Assembly (NCBI GenBank): GCA_030248215.1
Contig: JASANG010003765.1
Coordinates: 310,001 to 374,000, forward strand
DNA: 64,000 bases
Source: Enoplolaimus lenunculus
Taxonomy: Eukaryota
Direction of reading: 5' to 3'
In this document: piece by piece, positions 1-14,479 of the stretch
Position numbering within the stretch: position 1 is the first letter of the stretch
How the letters are laid out: each line of letters starts with the position of its first letter
Translations under genes and position numbers: made by a program
The notes under the pieces: model-generated
Databases searched by the model: none
What the model was told of the DNA's origin: nothing
Seen by the model: only the letters and a program-made list of their open reading frames with translations

Positions 1-1372
1 CCCCCGCGGGCCCTTTTTTCCTTAAAATATTCTTTTATAGGTGTCTTTTCTTCCTACTACCCACCACTACCCCCCCCCACCCCCCTCTGGTATTGTGTGT
101 GTCTCCGGCATTATAGTTGTTGTTGTTGTGGTACCGGATGTGTGGCTCTGGACCTCAACCGCATTGCGGACACCCAATTGTGGGTGTCGGCGAAAATGCA
201 AATGAGGTCGAGATGCCGATATGGGTAGCCAGGACCGGAATCAGTTTTGGTTTTGGAATTAGTGAACTCGGTTGCTTATCTTTTGGCTGGTTGTGAACAG
301 ATTCGTACGTTGTTTCTTGAGTTTTGGTTTTGCGTTGAAAGCGGAAGTCTTTAGTAAGTAAGGTTGAGTTGAATTAATTTAAGATTGTCACGGTGGCGTA
401 AGTATGTGAAGGAAACTACGGAATATTGGTATAATCGGCGTTGCGCACGGCGCAGAATTTACCCAGTATCGGATACTGGTGTCATGTGCTAACGGAACTT
501 GGGGTATAAAAGTGAACTTGGGAAAAGGTAGTCTAATAAATCTAACGGGGTTAGATTTATTATTCTACGGCGGCTTGGCCAAATCTAACGGGGTTAGATT
601 GGTCGGAAATTTGGTGTAACTCTAACGGGGTTAGAGTACACGGTTTTACGGGGTGTAATTCTAACGGGGTTAGGATTGCACGGATTCTGGAAAACAACAA
701 AAGTATTGGGTACGGTAAAGCCAGTGGCTGGATTAAATCAGATTCAGACGTCGGCTTTAAGGATTCCGGCTCGGGTTACCAGTTAAATTGCATAACCTGT
801 AATTTGCTGGCCTTAATATTGGGTATTTTGTGTCATACGGGTTTCGGGTTGGGATTTATAATAAAATTTACCGGCCGCGTTTTACTAAATCAGAGCGATA
901 CGCATACATCGAGGAAAGAACATAACAGGCGATACAGGATACCGGCTTAAGGCGAAATCACGAACTTCTCACATGGTGACCACGACGGTCTCGATGCTGA
1001 TTTAGTTGGTGGTCGGTGTGAAAGGAAATAGTTGGAAAAAGGAGAAAGGAATTTTTGGGTGTAAAAGGAAAAGGCTGTTATTGGAAACACAGGATCTGAA
1101 CGATCGTGTTGTGGAAAATAACAGGGAATACAGGCTGAAAAGGAAACTGGGCTGTGAGTATCTACTGCGCGAAAGGGCAACAGATACTGACATTACTGGA
1201 TAGTACAGGCAAAAGGCTGTTATTGGAAACACAGGATCTGAACGATCGTGTTGTGGAAAATAACAAGGAGTACAGGCTGAAAAGGAAACTGGGCTGTGAG
1301 TATCTACTGCGCGAAAGGGCAACAGATACTGACATTACTGGATAGTACAGGCAAAAGGCTGTTATTGGAAAC
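1..1372 (-). mobile_element. Probable 5' end of an LTR retrotransposon (LTR, PBS, structured leader, degenerate gag-like start), truncated by the window edge
   Basis: On -, it begins TGTTTCC at 1372; TGGTAACCCGAGCCGGAATC at 781-762 resembles a tRNA-Tyr primer-binding site; four hairpins follow, then a degenerate CPQCG/Gly-rich stretch. No intact ORF. Confidence 0.45.
1069..1372. repeat. ~142-bp tandem repeat, about 2.1 copies
   Basis: AAAAGGCTGTTATTGGAAACAC recurs at about 1069, 1211 and 1353 with near-identical intervening sequence. Confidence 0.9.
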
Positions 1373-1979
1373 ACTCTCTACAAAGTATAAACCTGGTTTC
1401 TAGCTCGCTTCCCTCACGAAGTTTACTTCGACATGGTAGTACTCATGTCGCTTGGGTTAAACCCGTTGCTTTTCACTATATAATGTATGCCTACATTTCA
1501 AATTATTTTTAATCGGTTGGAAAAAATCAAATGACTTCAAAGCAAGGTTACCGGAGCAAAAAGTCCGCCCTAATTTCGGATATTTCACCGCGAATTCATG
1601 AATTCGACCGCAAGCGAAGAAGAAATTGTTATTTTTTATGCGATTTTTCCTGTTTCTGAGAAACCGCCTTTATAGTGCAAATTTTGACAAGACTTTATAA
1701 TATGTTTCTGTTCAAGTGACGACTAACACAAGGTTAACGTAGTCTGAAATTGCTTTAATTCTGTATCCAGCTTTAAAATATTTTGCCAAACCATGGTGCG
1801 GTATGTTTCATTTTTTGTTGCAAACTACTTGTTTGACGTAACTCGCGGTGACCATAAATTTGGCTTTTAGCCAAATGACTTGTTTTTATTCAGATTTTAT
1901 AGATAGTAAACTGAAAATTTTTCGCTTAACCCTTTCTCACATGAATATTTTCTTATTTCCCCTGAGACCTACTTTTATG

Positions 1980-2044
1980 CTAAGATTCGAACTCCAGTGA
2001 CTGGAGTGGGAGGCGTATACCACCACCACTCAGCTACAGGAGCT
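1980..2044 (-). mobile_element. tRNA-derived SINE-like head or tRNA pseudogene
   Basis: The minus strand reads AGCTCCTGTAGCTGAGTGG (A box) ... GAGTTCGAATC (B box); no complete cloverleaf. Confidence 0.5.
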
Positions 2045-5000
2045 TGACGCTCGAGCCCGAGGGGGCTCTCACGTCCTGTGGTGATTTAGTACAATGTATA
2101 CGTGTTGCAATTGTTAAACACGGTGCGATATACATTATTTAACGTATATACACTGCGCTGAGTTGCCTACAGGCAACTCAATGTGACAAGGGGTTATATC
2201 AGATATTTATGCAATTTCTAGTGCATAGCCCATAGAACTTTTATAACACTTTTCGTGACGGTTATAGTAAACCTTTGTGTTTCCTCCACTAGCAATTCCT
2301 TGGCCGAAGCCTCTGGCCAAAAAATCACCTACAGTGTTCAAAAATTCTACGCTAATAAATTTTTTCTCGTCCCTTCTATAAATCTACAAATCTCTCTGCC
2401 CTTAAACTAATAAGTCCTCGCTGCTGGCCTAAATAACCAAAAAGCACTGACGCTTCCGTTTCAAATCCACTCTGTCGCAATTTGTCATTTGAATGCTGCT
2501 TCGTAGTTCTTGGCTTATATTGGACAAATACCAATACCACTATTATACAGACATAGTAGTTGGGCGTGGAGTCCCATCTGGTCGGGATGGATTGGAGAGC
2601 AACTGACGGTCCCATGGCGCAGGCGGCCCAATATGATGCAAAAATGGGATTAAAATCACAACATAAATATCTCTCGATCTACAAAATTTTAGCTCAAAAG
2701 TAAACTGAAAATTCTTTCGGCAGACTAAATATCCAACATTTTTGTTGTTCATTGAATTTTTTCTGGTCTGAATTTTTTCTGATCCTTACTTGCTAAATTC
2801 AGTTAAAAACTGTTAGTAAAAACTTCAAAAACATAATTGCTTAAAATATGGAAATCAACATAGTATCACAGAAAATGCTTTCAATTTGTTATTAAATAAC
2901 TGCTATTTTTGTGGAGTCGGTGGAGCATGGTGTTTCTCGCGACCCCATTAGGCTCCGAGGACTCCTTGAAAAATTTCTCGTCAAGAAGAGTGGGCTGGAG
3001 CAGCCGCTGATAGCTAAACTTCCATCTCTTGCCATTAAGGTTGCCGCTGTCTACGTTAAAAAATTCTCTTGCCCCTCTGCTAATCTCGATGTCCAGTCAA
3101 ATAACAACTTCTGATTGAGGGCCTGGATAAAAGCCAAAACACTGAGGCGTCCGGTTCAAATCCAGTCTGTCACATTTCGCCCAGAAATGAAGTGTGAATC
3201 TTGCGAATTTTGATTGACAAATACCGTACCATTACGGTAATCGCTGATCGACAGTTATGATTTAGTGGTATCATAATCGTCGTGAATACAGCAAAAAACG
3301 TATCAGTTTCCCCAATTCCGAGCAAACAAACGAAATGAAAATATTTATTGACCTCAAACTGCTCGGGTAAGTCTGTGTGCCTAGGGGTGACTTTATATAT
3401 GACAATTATTAAGACGGGTTACCGTTCGTACCGGTCTAAAAAGTTTGTCATCGAACAATGGCCGTATACGAGAGATATATTCTCTCGCGAAACTTATTCG
3501 ACTCGGAAAAAACTTCTTTACAGGTCAAAAATGAAACATGCCAGCCGAAAATGACATCCTGCCTACCCAAGACTGAAACTATTTCAAATTTTCTACCTTT
3601 ACGCCCCCGTTGAAATGCGCCAAATTTTTGACAAGTCTTGGTTCAGTTTTTTCATTCGGTTGATACCTACTTAATTGTGAACCAGTTCGGTTGTTTTAAA
3701 TTGTTTTAAAACAGCAAGTCGGACCAAAATGTTAAATTGGCGGTTTGGCGGCTTCAGGGTACTGCTACAAGCGGAAAGATAGAGGGATATATCACCACCC
3801 CCCACAAATTTCGGAAGAAACATGAGAAAAGCATTTTTAACAGATTTTAGTACACCTTTGTAGATTTTAAAGGTCAGAAAGCATCCTTTATATACTATAC
3901 CCTCCCAAACAGAATTGCTAGTTACGCTTCTTTTGGTAGCTTTACTGTTTCGGTTTTGGGCTTTGGTTTTAGAGCCCGTTGCCAAACGGGGCCAGGGAAG
4001 CTCTGGTCCCCCTTGGGAAATCTTGGCCTTTCTGGAAAATATTTAATCGTGCTTCTGTAGTCAACGAACACCCTTGTACGCGCTTCCTGGAAATTTTTTA
4101 ACCCCCTAGCAAGGTGAGCTAGCTACGTGCCTGCTGCTTTTCGGTGTTTGCGGTTTATTAAAAGCCTAATGCCAATAATAATGAAGTGTGAGAATATGCT
4201 CGGTGTAAATATTGAAACCGTTGGTGCTGTTTTTTTGTTGCGCTTTATTTGTGCAGCCGTAACACATTAATGTCGCAGTTATTTTTAAGCCGGGCGCATC
4301 TGCTGATGGCACGGTTGTTGTCTGTATTATTTTTGAGACGAAATATATTAACATCGAATTTGGCACTAAAACGCACTGGAACATTTGGGCATTTTTCGGC
4401 GTTTGTATATTAGTTGATTGTTGTAGCAGCGCCTGAGTTTATGGTGAACAAATCGATGACACTTGTACGCGTAGCCTTTCAAGCTTAACCCTATAACCTT
4501 TTTTACATTTTCCGCCACAAGCTTTTATGCTTCTTGTACACTTTCCGCCGCAAGCTTCTTGAGCTTAAACGATCGTTATGGCAAAATTTGAAAAATTTCA
4601 AAAACTGCATGGCGAAATATTCACAAGAGCCAAGTAGTCTTTAAAATGAACAATCTTAGTGTTTTGTACACAGTGTCGAGTTGACTGAATTTGCGGGTAA
4701 TGTACTTTTGATAGCACAAACAGGGCGCGGCGTCTCTAAAGTGTTGGAAAATTTACGTCTTTAATGTGTGTATCCGTTTGCATCTAAGCTTGAAATTAGA
4801 TCTCATATGAAATGAAAATATTCACGGACAAAAAGGGTTATAGCAACACGCAACCGGGTTTCCACAACGGTCAACTCGGCATTGGAAATCGGTGACAAGT
4901 ATCCTGGTACATATATAATTAAGGAAAATTTTGTAAACATTTTTGAAATGTCCTCTTTTAAAAGATTGAAAACAATTTATTCATTCGTAGAGCAAAAGTT

Positions 5001-5069
5001 TGGACTATTTTTTATTTATTTGTAACCTGAGCTGAGCCTATCTTGTTCGATGCGACTAAACAGTGTGTA

Positions 5070-5878
5070 CTCCAGTGACCCGAATAAGTGGAGGGACTGA
5101 TATTTATTTGGCCTCTCCAGGGAGTACCCCCTTGTTATTCGGTTACGGACTGTTATTTATTTTTAACACGCTCTCCGCCACCCTTCGTTGCTGATATATA
5201 TTCGGTATTGCTACTATCCGTTGAATTAAACGTTTATTTGTCTTCTATCGAAAGCTTGAGTGATAATGCGAAGTTATATTAGAAATGTACTTTCAAAACT
5301 TAGGTATGCTTTAAAGTTTTGAACTCAATTTGTTTGGGCCTGGAGTTACTTATGCACTACAAATTGGGACAATTGACATTTGTGGACTCCAACTAGTGTT
5401 TAGGGATTGTATCCGTTTTGCGGACTCTGATTAGGGATACGAACCAGTCCGTATCCCTAATAAGAGTCCGTAAGCGGAAAGAGTCCCTAAACTCTAATTA
5501 GAGTCCATAAATGTCAATTAAACGTAATTGTAGCACATAAATGACTCCAGGACCAAATATTTTGAGTCCGAAACTTTAAAGCGTACTTAAATTTTGAAAG
5601 TACATTCCTAAGTATAACCTTGTATTATCGCTCAAGCTATTGACACAAGACAAATAAACGTTTAATTCAACGGATAATTGCAGTACCGGATATATATCAG
5701 TAACGAAGGGCGGCGGAGCGTGGGTTAAAAATAAATAACAGTCCGTAACCGAATAACAAGGGAGGGTTCCCTCTGGAGAGGCAAAATAAATATTAGTCCC
5801 CCTCTTATTGGGATCACTACAGTACTTAAAATGGGGACCCCTACTTATTACTCCCACCTCTTATTCGGGTCACTACAG
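5070..5878. mobile_element. Family A MITE (TA-flanked TIR CTGTAGTGACCCGAATAAG): forward copy containing an inverted copy
   Basis: 5070-~5440 matches 57114-57480; ~5447-5822 is the reverse complement of the same unit; 5825-5878 is the 3' end of the forward copy. Confidence 0.85.
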
Positions 5879-6624
5879 TAGCCAATCAGTTTCGTCCTAA
5901 GCTTAAATCAACAAGGTAGTTTCTGGTCTCTGCACAACAGGCACGTAGCAATCTCTACATGTTTAGGGGGGGGGGGGGCAAAACCACTTTAGGAGGGGCA
6001 TGCACGGAATACACAGGTCTAGAAGCGAAACTAAAACTTTTCTAGGTGGGCTACAATTTTTCCGTGGGGGCTGAGATTTCGTGACCACCCTCTAGGTACG
6101 GAACGCACCCACCATTCAAAGATCTTTGTAGCAACTGGCCATCTGCCAAGTTCTATATTATATACATGTGTTACATACGAAACGGACATTTTTGCTACCA
6201 ATAAGAGAGTATCTTAGACAGCATTCTCAAATGTGTACAGCATCAGTGAGCAGTAGGTAAAAACGAAATTACCTACTGTTGTAGCAGCGGAACTCAAACT
6301 TTGCTCGAAATAGCATACCTAGGTTAAACCCAATGCTAGAAATATTCTAATTTCAACGCTCATCAATCGCTGGTTCCAAAGTTACAAAACCTATCAGTTA
6401 GCAACTGGGGATCGATGCTATACAAACGTGACATTATGCGACCTTATTTCAGAAATTATGGACTATACAAAATAACTTTGGCAAAACCATTTCTTTAACG
6501 ATATTATATCAATTTCAAACATTCTTAAAACTATAATTTAACAGATTTTAATGTTCATCGTTATCCAAACTGCCGATATACGGTACGTTTAAAGTGAAAT
6601 ACTGCAACTGCGAACACGGCAACA

Positions 6625-6668
6625 ATGAAGTCCGCAACCGAAGCGAATGTTTCAATTGAACCGATTTC
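6625..6668 (+). CDS. Candidate first coding exon of the SSUH2-like gene (MKSATEANVSIEPI-S)
   Basis: ATG in ACAATGA context, 44 nt, then a strong GTAAGT donor in phase 2, matching the phase-2 acceptor at 20057. No homology support visible. Confidence 0.35.
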
Positions 6669-8662
6669 GTAAGTATATTTTTAAATTTTAACTCGTCGCA
6701 AGTTCCGTTATCGATCGGGTGAAATTGAAATGTTTAGCTGAATTTTCTGGATCATTCCAAGTGTTTGCCATCATACAAACAGGCTGAAATTTTAATTCAT
6801 ACCATAAAGGCGCAAACTTACAAATAAATGGAAAAAAATTAAATTTAAATATTTATTACGGACGTCGATTGGGTTTTCGGAAGTCTCAGGATTAAAAAAT
6901 TTGCCTTCAAAACAGGTTGCGGTATATATGTATAATTTATGATTTGAATATCAGTCAAAAAGTACCTAAATTTGCAAGTGAAATACAGATTAATATGCTA
7001 CAATACGGCGTAAAACAAAGAAATCATAAAAAACTATAAAACATACACAAACAATTGCAAGATATAGACATTAGTCTGTCCACGCAAGTATTTCTTCCAC
7101 CGAGTCAATTTGTTGTATAGGAAATTGCGATACCTTTTGTCTAAAGTCGTTTAATTACACTCTGACTGAGACTGATTATAGTTAATTATGGTTCCTAAAA
7201 TGAATATTGGAATGTATGACTCATGTAATTTTACTGTTATTTGTGAAAATTTTATGAAATTCAGACGTGGTCGTTGAAACGGTGTTGCGATTTGTTGTCA
7301 GGTGTAGCAATCGTTTTGAGATTGACTTCTGTTATTTTAATCCCAAAGCATAATTCAGACTACAGTGGCGTGCCATGTATGAGAACCGCTTGCCCCGAAG
7401 GCAATTTCAGTAGCCTCCAAAATAAAGAAATGTTGAAATTTTCTTTAGATAAATACAACATCACGATTTTCGTCACGAGTGCCAGCAAGCGAACAATCAG
7501 ACCTAATGTTTGTATTTAAAATCAATGTAACAGTTTTCTGTGGAAATTTGTCATTTTAAACTTTTGTGAGGGGGCCAAATTCGTATGAATGTCTCCCTTG
7601 CGCTTGAGATCTATTGGAAGCGTGGATCTCGGCACTGATACACCCAAAATCTAATTTTCTGAGCACGCCTATAGCTTGGAATCAATAAGTTCTTTGTTCT
7701 AAGCAAAAGTATGCACACGCTGCGGCACAGAAGCTGATCCGACTACGGAGACACCATATATAATTATAAAAACATCGCGAGCGATTTAAGCAAGAACCTA
7801 ACCACAATTTTAGCATTAAAATCTAAATTCAAAGTTTTGGTTTTGAATATGACGGGTGGTGCACCCTCATACCGATACTCGCTTTTTACTGGCGCTCTGC
7901 ATTAAAACATACACTTTAATAGTTCTCCGCCTACATCGTTTAGTCTCGGTCAATGTCAATAATCTTTTAAACGTGGTAGGCAATTAACCGGTTGGTACCA
8001 GGTGCATATATACAGTCGGGTAACATAACTATAAACCTGGTTTGATATTTATGCTGCTATTTTTGGTTTCCGAAACTTAACAATTGCCATCTATTAGTAA
8101 TTACGGTTTTGTTGCGGCTTGTGGGTTTGGCTCTTGTACACATTTCTTGAATGTAAAATTAAGACTCACGCTTAGGATCAGGTAAAGGCTTAAGCAAAGG
8201 ATTAGGCTTTAGGCTGAGCCTTTGATAAGCCATTTTCTAAACCAAAGCCGAAGCCTGAGTTTAAATCTAATCCTGCGGCAAGGACGGATCAAGGGGCGAT
8301 CCCGGGATCGATCTCCCATCAGATCCCAACGAAATTAAAATTTTTGTCGCAAAAGAGTCAAAGATCGAGTCTGACTTTTCGTGAGTTGGTTTTATTAGGA
8401 ATTTCAATATTTTTGACTTTTGATTACATAAACATTTTGCATACGTCAATTGTTGTGCATGTAAGCTTGTGTTGCTAAGAAGTGGTGAACTTGTAAATAC
8501 GGCATATTGGCTGCTGTATACTTTCCGCTCATATTTAATGTTATTGTTCAGACTTAAACTTAGGTTTAGACAATAGCTTAGGCATTGGCATTGGTAAGCC
8601 TTTTCCTGAACCTAAATTCTTAGATTGAGCCTTAGCCGACTAAGTGTAAATTAGAGAAGATA

Positions 8663-9155
8663 CTCTGTAAAAAACCCCTACTTAAAATACTATAGTTATA
8701 TTTTGCAAACTTTTTTAAGTATAAGTGTACTAAATATTGCGTAAATCTTTGCCTAAATAATGTAAATAAGTAAAACTACTGCTGTCATTTCCTGATTAAT
8801 TAAGTAAAGATAAAGCTAAAAATTTTGTGTTTGCTTAAAATAAAGTAAAACTTTGCCAAGCACCATAGTAAGTAAAACCGACACTTAATTCGGCAACAGT
8901 TTTACTTAATTGTAAGTATTTTTAGTGAGTAAGCGGAGTGCTAAAGATCCGGCAAATTTGTATTTAGTGTTCCCTGTTCTCCTATTATATGAAATTTTGG
9001 AATGATTGCTCTAGCGCGTCTATTGTTTGTGAACGTAGTACTAACATGCAATAGGTGCTACACGCAGTTGAGAATACGGCTGCTAATATCAAAAGGTGGT
9101 AGGAGCTGTATTAGGATGATTTCTTAAATGAATATTTTCCTCCAGTTTTACAGAG
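8663..9155. mobile_element. TA-flanked MITE with CTCTGTAAAA TIR and internal TACTTA/TAAGTA repeats
   Basis: TA|CTCTGTAAAA ... TTTTACAGAG|TA. Confidence 0.6.
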
Positions 9156-12100
9156 TAGTTTGCACTTTTTTTTCCTATCAGGAGGGCTGCCACCTAGTAA
9201 TCCCACTCCCGAAATTTCAGGGGACATAAAGTAGGATGAGGGGTGGCCACCTCCAAGCCTTCCGCACTAAGTTGTTCTCATACTATAGCAGTATCAAAAA
9301 TACTTGATTAGAAATTTTAGCTATTATTTTAATAATGAGATGAGCTATTATAAGTGTTTGAGGCTTGTGGCGACAGCCCTCCATCCTGCTTAGGGTTCAT
9401 TGAAATGAAGTAAAAAGAGTTGAAAGGTTTTGGTTTAGGGGAATAAATCAATATCATAGGATCTATTCATAGTTGTTAAAGATTCAAATTTTGTTTTGTG
9501 GCATTGTCGTCCCCACGGCCCGGGGCATTAAGGAGCTGTGCCCCTCAATTTAACTCGATCTAAAAGTAACCAATCTTGAGTTGCTATTGTAGGATCAACC
9601 CCAAATTGTTCGGTATCCCTCCCCAAACATAATTTTCTGCAGACGCCCCTGTTTCGTTGTTTAAAACTACGTGGACTGATGGCATTTGCTTGTGGACTAC
9701 TGTTTTGCAGAGGTCTGTTAACTGTGATTGTGGTTTCTTTATTATCCGCGTACACTTATTCGTTAGCATATGCATCAATTTAAAAAGTTTAGTAGAAAAA
9801 GTGAAACTTTCAAAACGTACCGCCATGACACAGTTAGCGTGCTACGCAGCATAGACACTTGATTTCTGTCATAAATCATTTTTCATGCAGCGGTTTCTAA
9901 ACCACTCAAAAGCGTTTTTTTTATTTTTCACTCGTCATAAACAATGGTGCGTACAGGAATTAGAGGTAATACGCGGAACCAGGACCGCCTAAGAATTAAA
10001 TGAAAAGTAGGGGCTTGTCGTATTTAAGTTCACCGGCAGCATTTATGGCCAGACACATATTCGTAAAATATAAGCCTTACCTGGTTTATTCCGCAAAAAA
10101 TGGCTGTATTTTTACTTCCCAGTAAAAAAGCCATGTCATATTTTTATTGGGAAGTAATTTTTCATTGTAGTAAAAATATCATTCAACACCGAAACCGAAC
10201 AATGACTAATATATTGGCTTTTAAAATTTGATTAGCTTAAAAGTACCATTATTCAACAGGCACTGGTTTTCGTGACAGAAAATTGTTTAGATTGTGGGGA
10301 GCGACTCTCCTGTCTACCCTCCCGGTACGCATCTGGTCATAGCATGACTACAACCTGCGCTGCACATCAAAACATTAGCGTGTTAAAGGCAATTGTATAC
10401 CACCGCTTTGGCTAATTCTGTCAATTAGCTATGTCATTTTTGATTTATTGAACTGAGTAAATAGCAAATAAAAGATACCCGGTCTATGCTCTTTGCTACA
10501 TGAATATCAAAACAGCAGTACATTGTGGTCTTGATATGCCGACAGCGGCTTTTCAATATTGGCTTTTTTACTGGTTATTGACTTACGCTAGGTATAAAAG
10601 CAGTATTACAACTGGGACGGCATGGAAATGAAAAAGTTTTGAACCGTAACAATGCTCTGTGTGAAATAAGTTAGTGAGTATCGCGGCTCTCGTATATGAT
10701 TATTATTCGAGACAGATATTCAAATATACCCGGACCGTTTTGACAGCCGATTCAAGTGAAAAAACAGCAGAGACGGACACAAAGAATTGTCCGAAATCTC
10801 TGAATGCATACGAATGCCTAAAATTGATCATTTTGCTTCAGAATGAGATTGAAAAGGTTATAACAGACTACACCCTTAATATAATCGTTTTATTTTACGT
10901 GATTACGGTTCAAAGTTAGGCTTAGTTAACTGTTTTTAGAAACCAAGGTCTAAGCCTAAAGTCTAACCGTCAGCCTAAGTATAATCCTGCGAGTGGAAAA
11001 TCTACGATGAGCCTCAAAGATTAAGGTTTGTTCAAATTGTGAATGGATTTTAAAACTGGTTGCTTTGTTTCAGAACGACGAGCGGGGACTATTATAATAG
11101 ACTGGTACCCCGAATTAGCTTATATTTTCGACAAAGCAAACCTTTATAGTATACTCGTTTGTATGCTAAAATATAATTTAGTTGACATTAGAAAAAATAA
11201 ACAATTTTGAAGTCACGCTACTATTTTAGAATAAACTTTAAATTTTATAATAGACTATTAAACACTCGGCAAGCTTTATCCAATTGCTTAGCTAAATTTG
11301 GGTTTACAATTTGATTCGGATGCTCGGCTGACACTAGCGTTAGGCCTATATCACCTTGTTATTGCGACTAAAAATTTTTTTCAAGAGAAGCATACAAATG
11401 TTTTTGTTGACTTACAAGCAAGGTTGAATGAGTTTGAGTGTTTCATAGTAGATCGGTGTCCCAAAGAGCGTTATCCAATTTTAGGAAGTTAAGTTTTGCA
11501 GTTTGCTGATTGGTACGCTTTGTAGCCACACTAATTTTAATAATCTAGAAGTGTGTAATTTCTTATTAATTTTTAAATCGAACATTTGGGTCCAAAATTG
11601 TCTAAATACCACTTGGCGGATGCAAGGAGGGCCATCCCGGCCAAGGCTCTCTGCCAGAGATGATAACCAAAATGATGTATTGAGCTTTAGCACTAAAATT
11701 GCAATTAACTTCTCACTGGTTTCCTTCGCGAGCTTTTTCCACTATAATATCTCGCCCGTCTTTCTTTTTCAGAAATTTCTCGATTCTAAACTGCTCGTCA
11801 CTTTCATAACTAAACACTCTGCCAACAAGCTTTATCCAATTTCATGAGGCTAAATTTCACAGTTCATTAATTTAATTCTGATGCTATAATCTAATCTGGC
11901 CGACGTTGCTTTCGAAGCTGAAAAACTAATCAAATTTGCGAGTTCGACACGGGTGTTCGTTCTGTGAAACGTCGATTGGGCGTCGTATAAATGACCCGCA
12001 ACAGGGTCGTAGCCATGGATTTCATTTCACAACAGGGAATAGTACTGTAAAACAATTTTTGACCTGTAGAATCCATGTAATTTTAAATCCTGCGAAAAAC

Positions 12101-14479
12101 GCTGTGTTCTTGGCTTTACAAATTTAGGTAACTGCGATATCTTTTTTTGTCTTTCCTTGTATACTCCCTAGTCCGTAGCATTTGTGTCTATTTCTACTGT
12201 GTGTGGGTTCAATAAGGTTTTTCTCTTTTAATCCGTAGACAAACAAGATTTGAAGTTTCTTATAATTGAAAATGTGACAATGGTGAAATTGTGAGTAGAG
12301 TTAATCAAACAACATTTTAGGTTATTTTTCTGTAACATTCGGTGTAAACCGGGTGTAGCGGAAGTTAAATTTTTTAATGATGTTCTCTCACGTGCATGTG
12401 TTCATAGACTCATGGACGTAGCCATAAATTCATTACGAAAAATGTATAAAATGTATGTTTAACAAATTTTTGATTTTTGAATTCTAGTAAAAACAGCAGA
12501 TGTTTCTCAAAGCCAGTTAGAATTTCTTTGTCTCGTCGCGTGAGAAATTTCCGAAGGTGACATATTCCATCTGTCCGTCCCCTTACGTCACTGTACGGGA
12601 TAAGATGGGAATGGAATGGAAAATACTATTTCTTATCGATATCGAACATATGTAAAATGAACCAGCTGGGTAATAATCGCAGGGTTTTTGCTTCCAAAAA
12701 ATTAGTATTTTATTTTGCAACTGTTACGACGTTAACAAGGCGTCTTACGCACCACGGATATCCCTACGTGCAGTACAAAATTTTGCAATCAGATTATGTT
12801 ACACGTGTTCCCTTGAGAATTGAATGTTAAAATCACTTTATTAATATTTTCTGCAAAACATGAGTTTTTCACTTTTTCCAATTTGTATGGATATTCGGTG
12901 ATAAACAAACACTTCGAAACATTATTTTATGTTTGTATTCTAATTATCGGTTTGATCCGAAACCGTGTTATTCTCTCCGCGTGTTTTTGAACGCAAATAT
13001 TGTTAATGAATCGAGCGTTTGATCTGCTGAGAAGGCCGTGTTGTGTCTTTGATTAATTGCAGTTTTAAAATTGCAATTAAAAATTTTTGATCTTATAAAA
13101 TCGTGTAAAATTTTGGAATAAAATTTTACGTAGTCTGGAATTGAATTTAGTACTTGTAATGTAATTTAAAATCAGTTTGCAAACTGATTAATTTTTTCTT
13201 AGTTTGCAAACTGTTATTACGTTACTGCAATGCATTCCTAGCTACGCAAACAAATACGATTCAAAATTTTATTTTCAAACTGAATTCCGTTATCCACCAC
13301 TGTGTCACTCCTTATTGTGGACCCTGCATGATTTGAAACGTTAACATTTTATAAAATCAATAAACTCTAAAATTAACACTGCGGTAAATGGTTACATTCA
13401 AAACGTAATACATCTGCAAGAAAGTTAGTTAATATAAAAACTGTCGGGGAAGGCATCAGCTTCGTAGCCCAACTTACAGCCTGGTTTTCTGATTGCACCC
13501 TGATGGTAAGCAAATTTCATATGCTACCTTTGATTTTTATTCACAACACAACTTGTTTTATATTAAGTTGTAGCTGAAACGAGATTGCTATATATATACG
13601 CTTCATAAGCCTATGCCTTGCTCAAAATAGCCCAACTTGCAAAGCCGTGTCGAGAGGGGGCATGTCAGCTGCACCCCACGCAGTCCAACATCTTCTCGGT
13701 TGAGTAGACATCGCATTGCTTGTTTAAATAACCATTAATCATTTGCTAATGCTTTTTAATTACCAATATTTTTGTATATACCATTTTTTCAGTGTCGGCG
13801 CCCACAAATCCCAAATTTCAAGCCACACCATAGCCAAACTCAGGGTAATTTGACCTATAAACGGCACAAAGTAAACATTGCGCGGCGGAGAAAATTAATG
13901 TTTTTGCATTTTTAACGACCAGCGAAACTTTTCGGCGGGGTATGTGTGCGGTTTTGTAGACGTTACTTGTTCCAGGTTTCCAGGAAAAAAGTTTTCTTTT
14001 AACATTTGTCGGTGAACAGTCGAAATGTGTTGCCCAGAATGTTAATGAGCATTTTGACAGTTATACTCGAGTTCTGTAAGATATTGGTAATTAAACAAAA
14101 TGTCGGTCGCAACGCAACAATACAGACAACTCAAAAGCGTGTACGTGGCAAATTTATCTGGCACGCAGGTAAATTGGTTGAAACATATTGGTTTATAGAT
14201 ATTATATTAATTCGCTTTGATAGTTACTTTGTTGGTTTTCCTCCAAAAACTCGGCTTCGTACCATACTCTTACAAAGAAGTAACGCCCTTTTCAAACGTT
14301 TCAAACACAGCTTTAGATATGCCTATGTACGGATAAGGTTGGTTTGACCGGATTCAGGGTTGGGCAGTGGAAAAAAATCAACGGAAAAGAACTATGTTTC
14401 CGGATTTTTTTGTGTTTTTTAAATGGGACAGAAAAACTGAAGAAAAAAATCATTTCATAAAAATACTGCAACGTTAGCA

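Noticed and set aside
947..1374. Several 60-106-aa ORFs
   Set aside because: Products of the ~142-bp tandem repeat.
3120..3172. tRNA gene (GGTTCAAATCC B box)
   Set aside because: No convincing A box or cloverleaf.
5088..5857. Recurrent 'CYSVTDCYLFLT' mini-protein family (also near 20464, 32648 and 57177)
   Set aside because: Chance translation of family A MITE copies, with frameshifts between copies.
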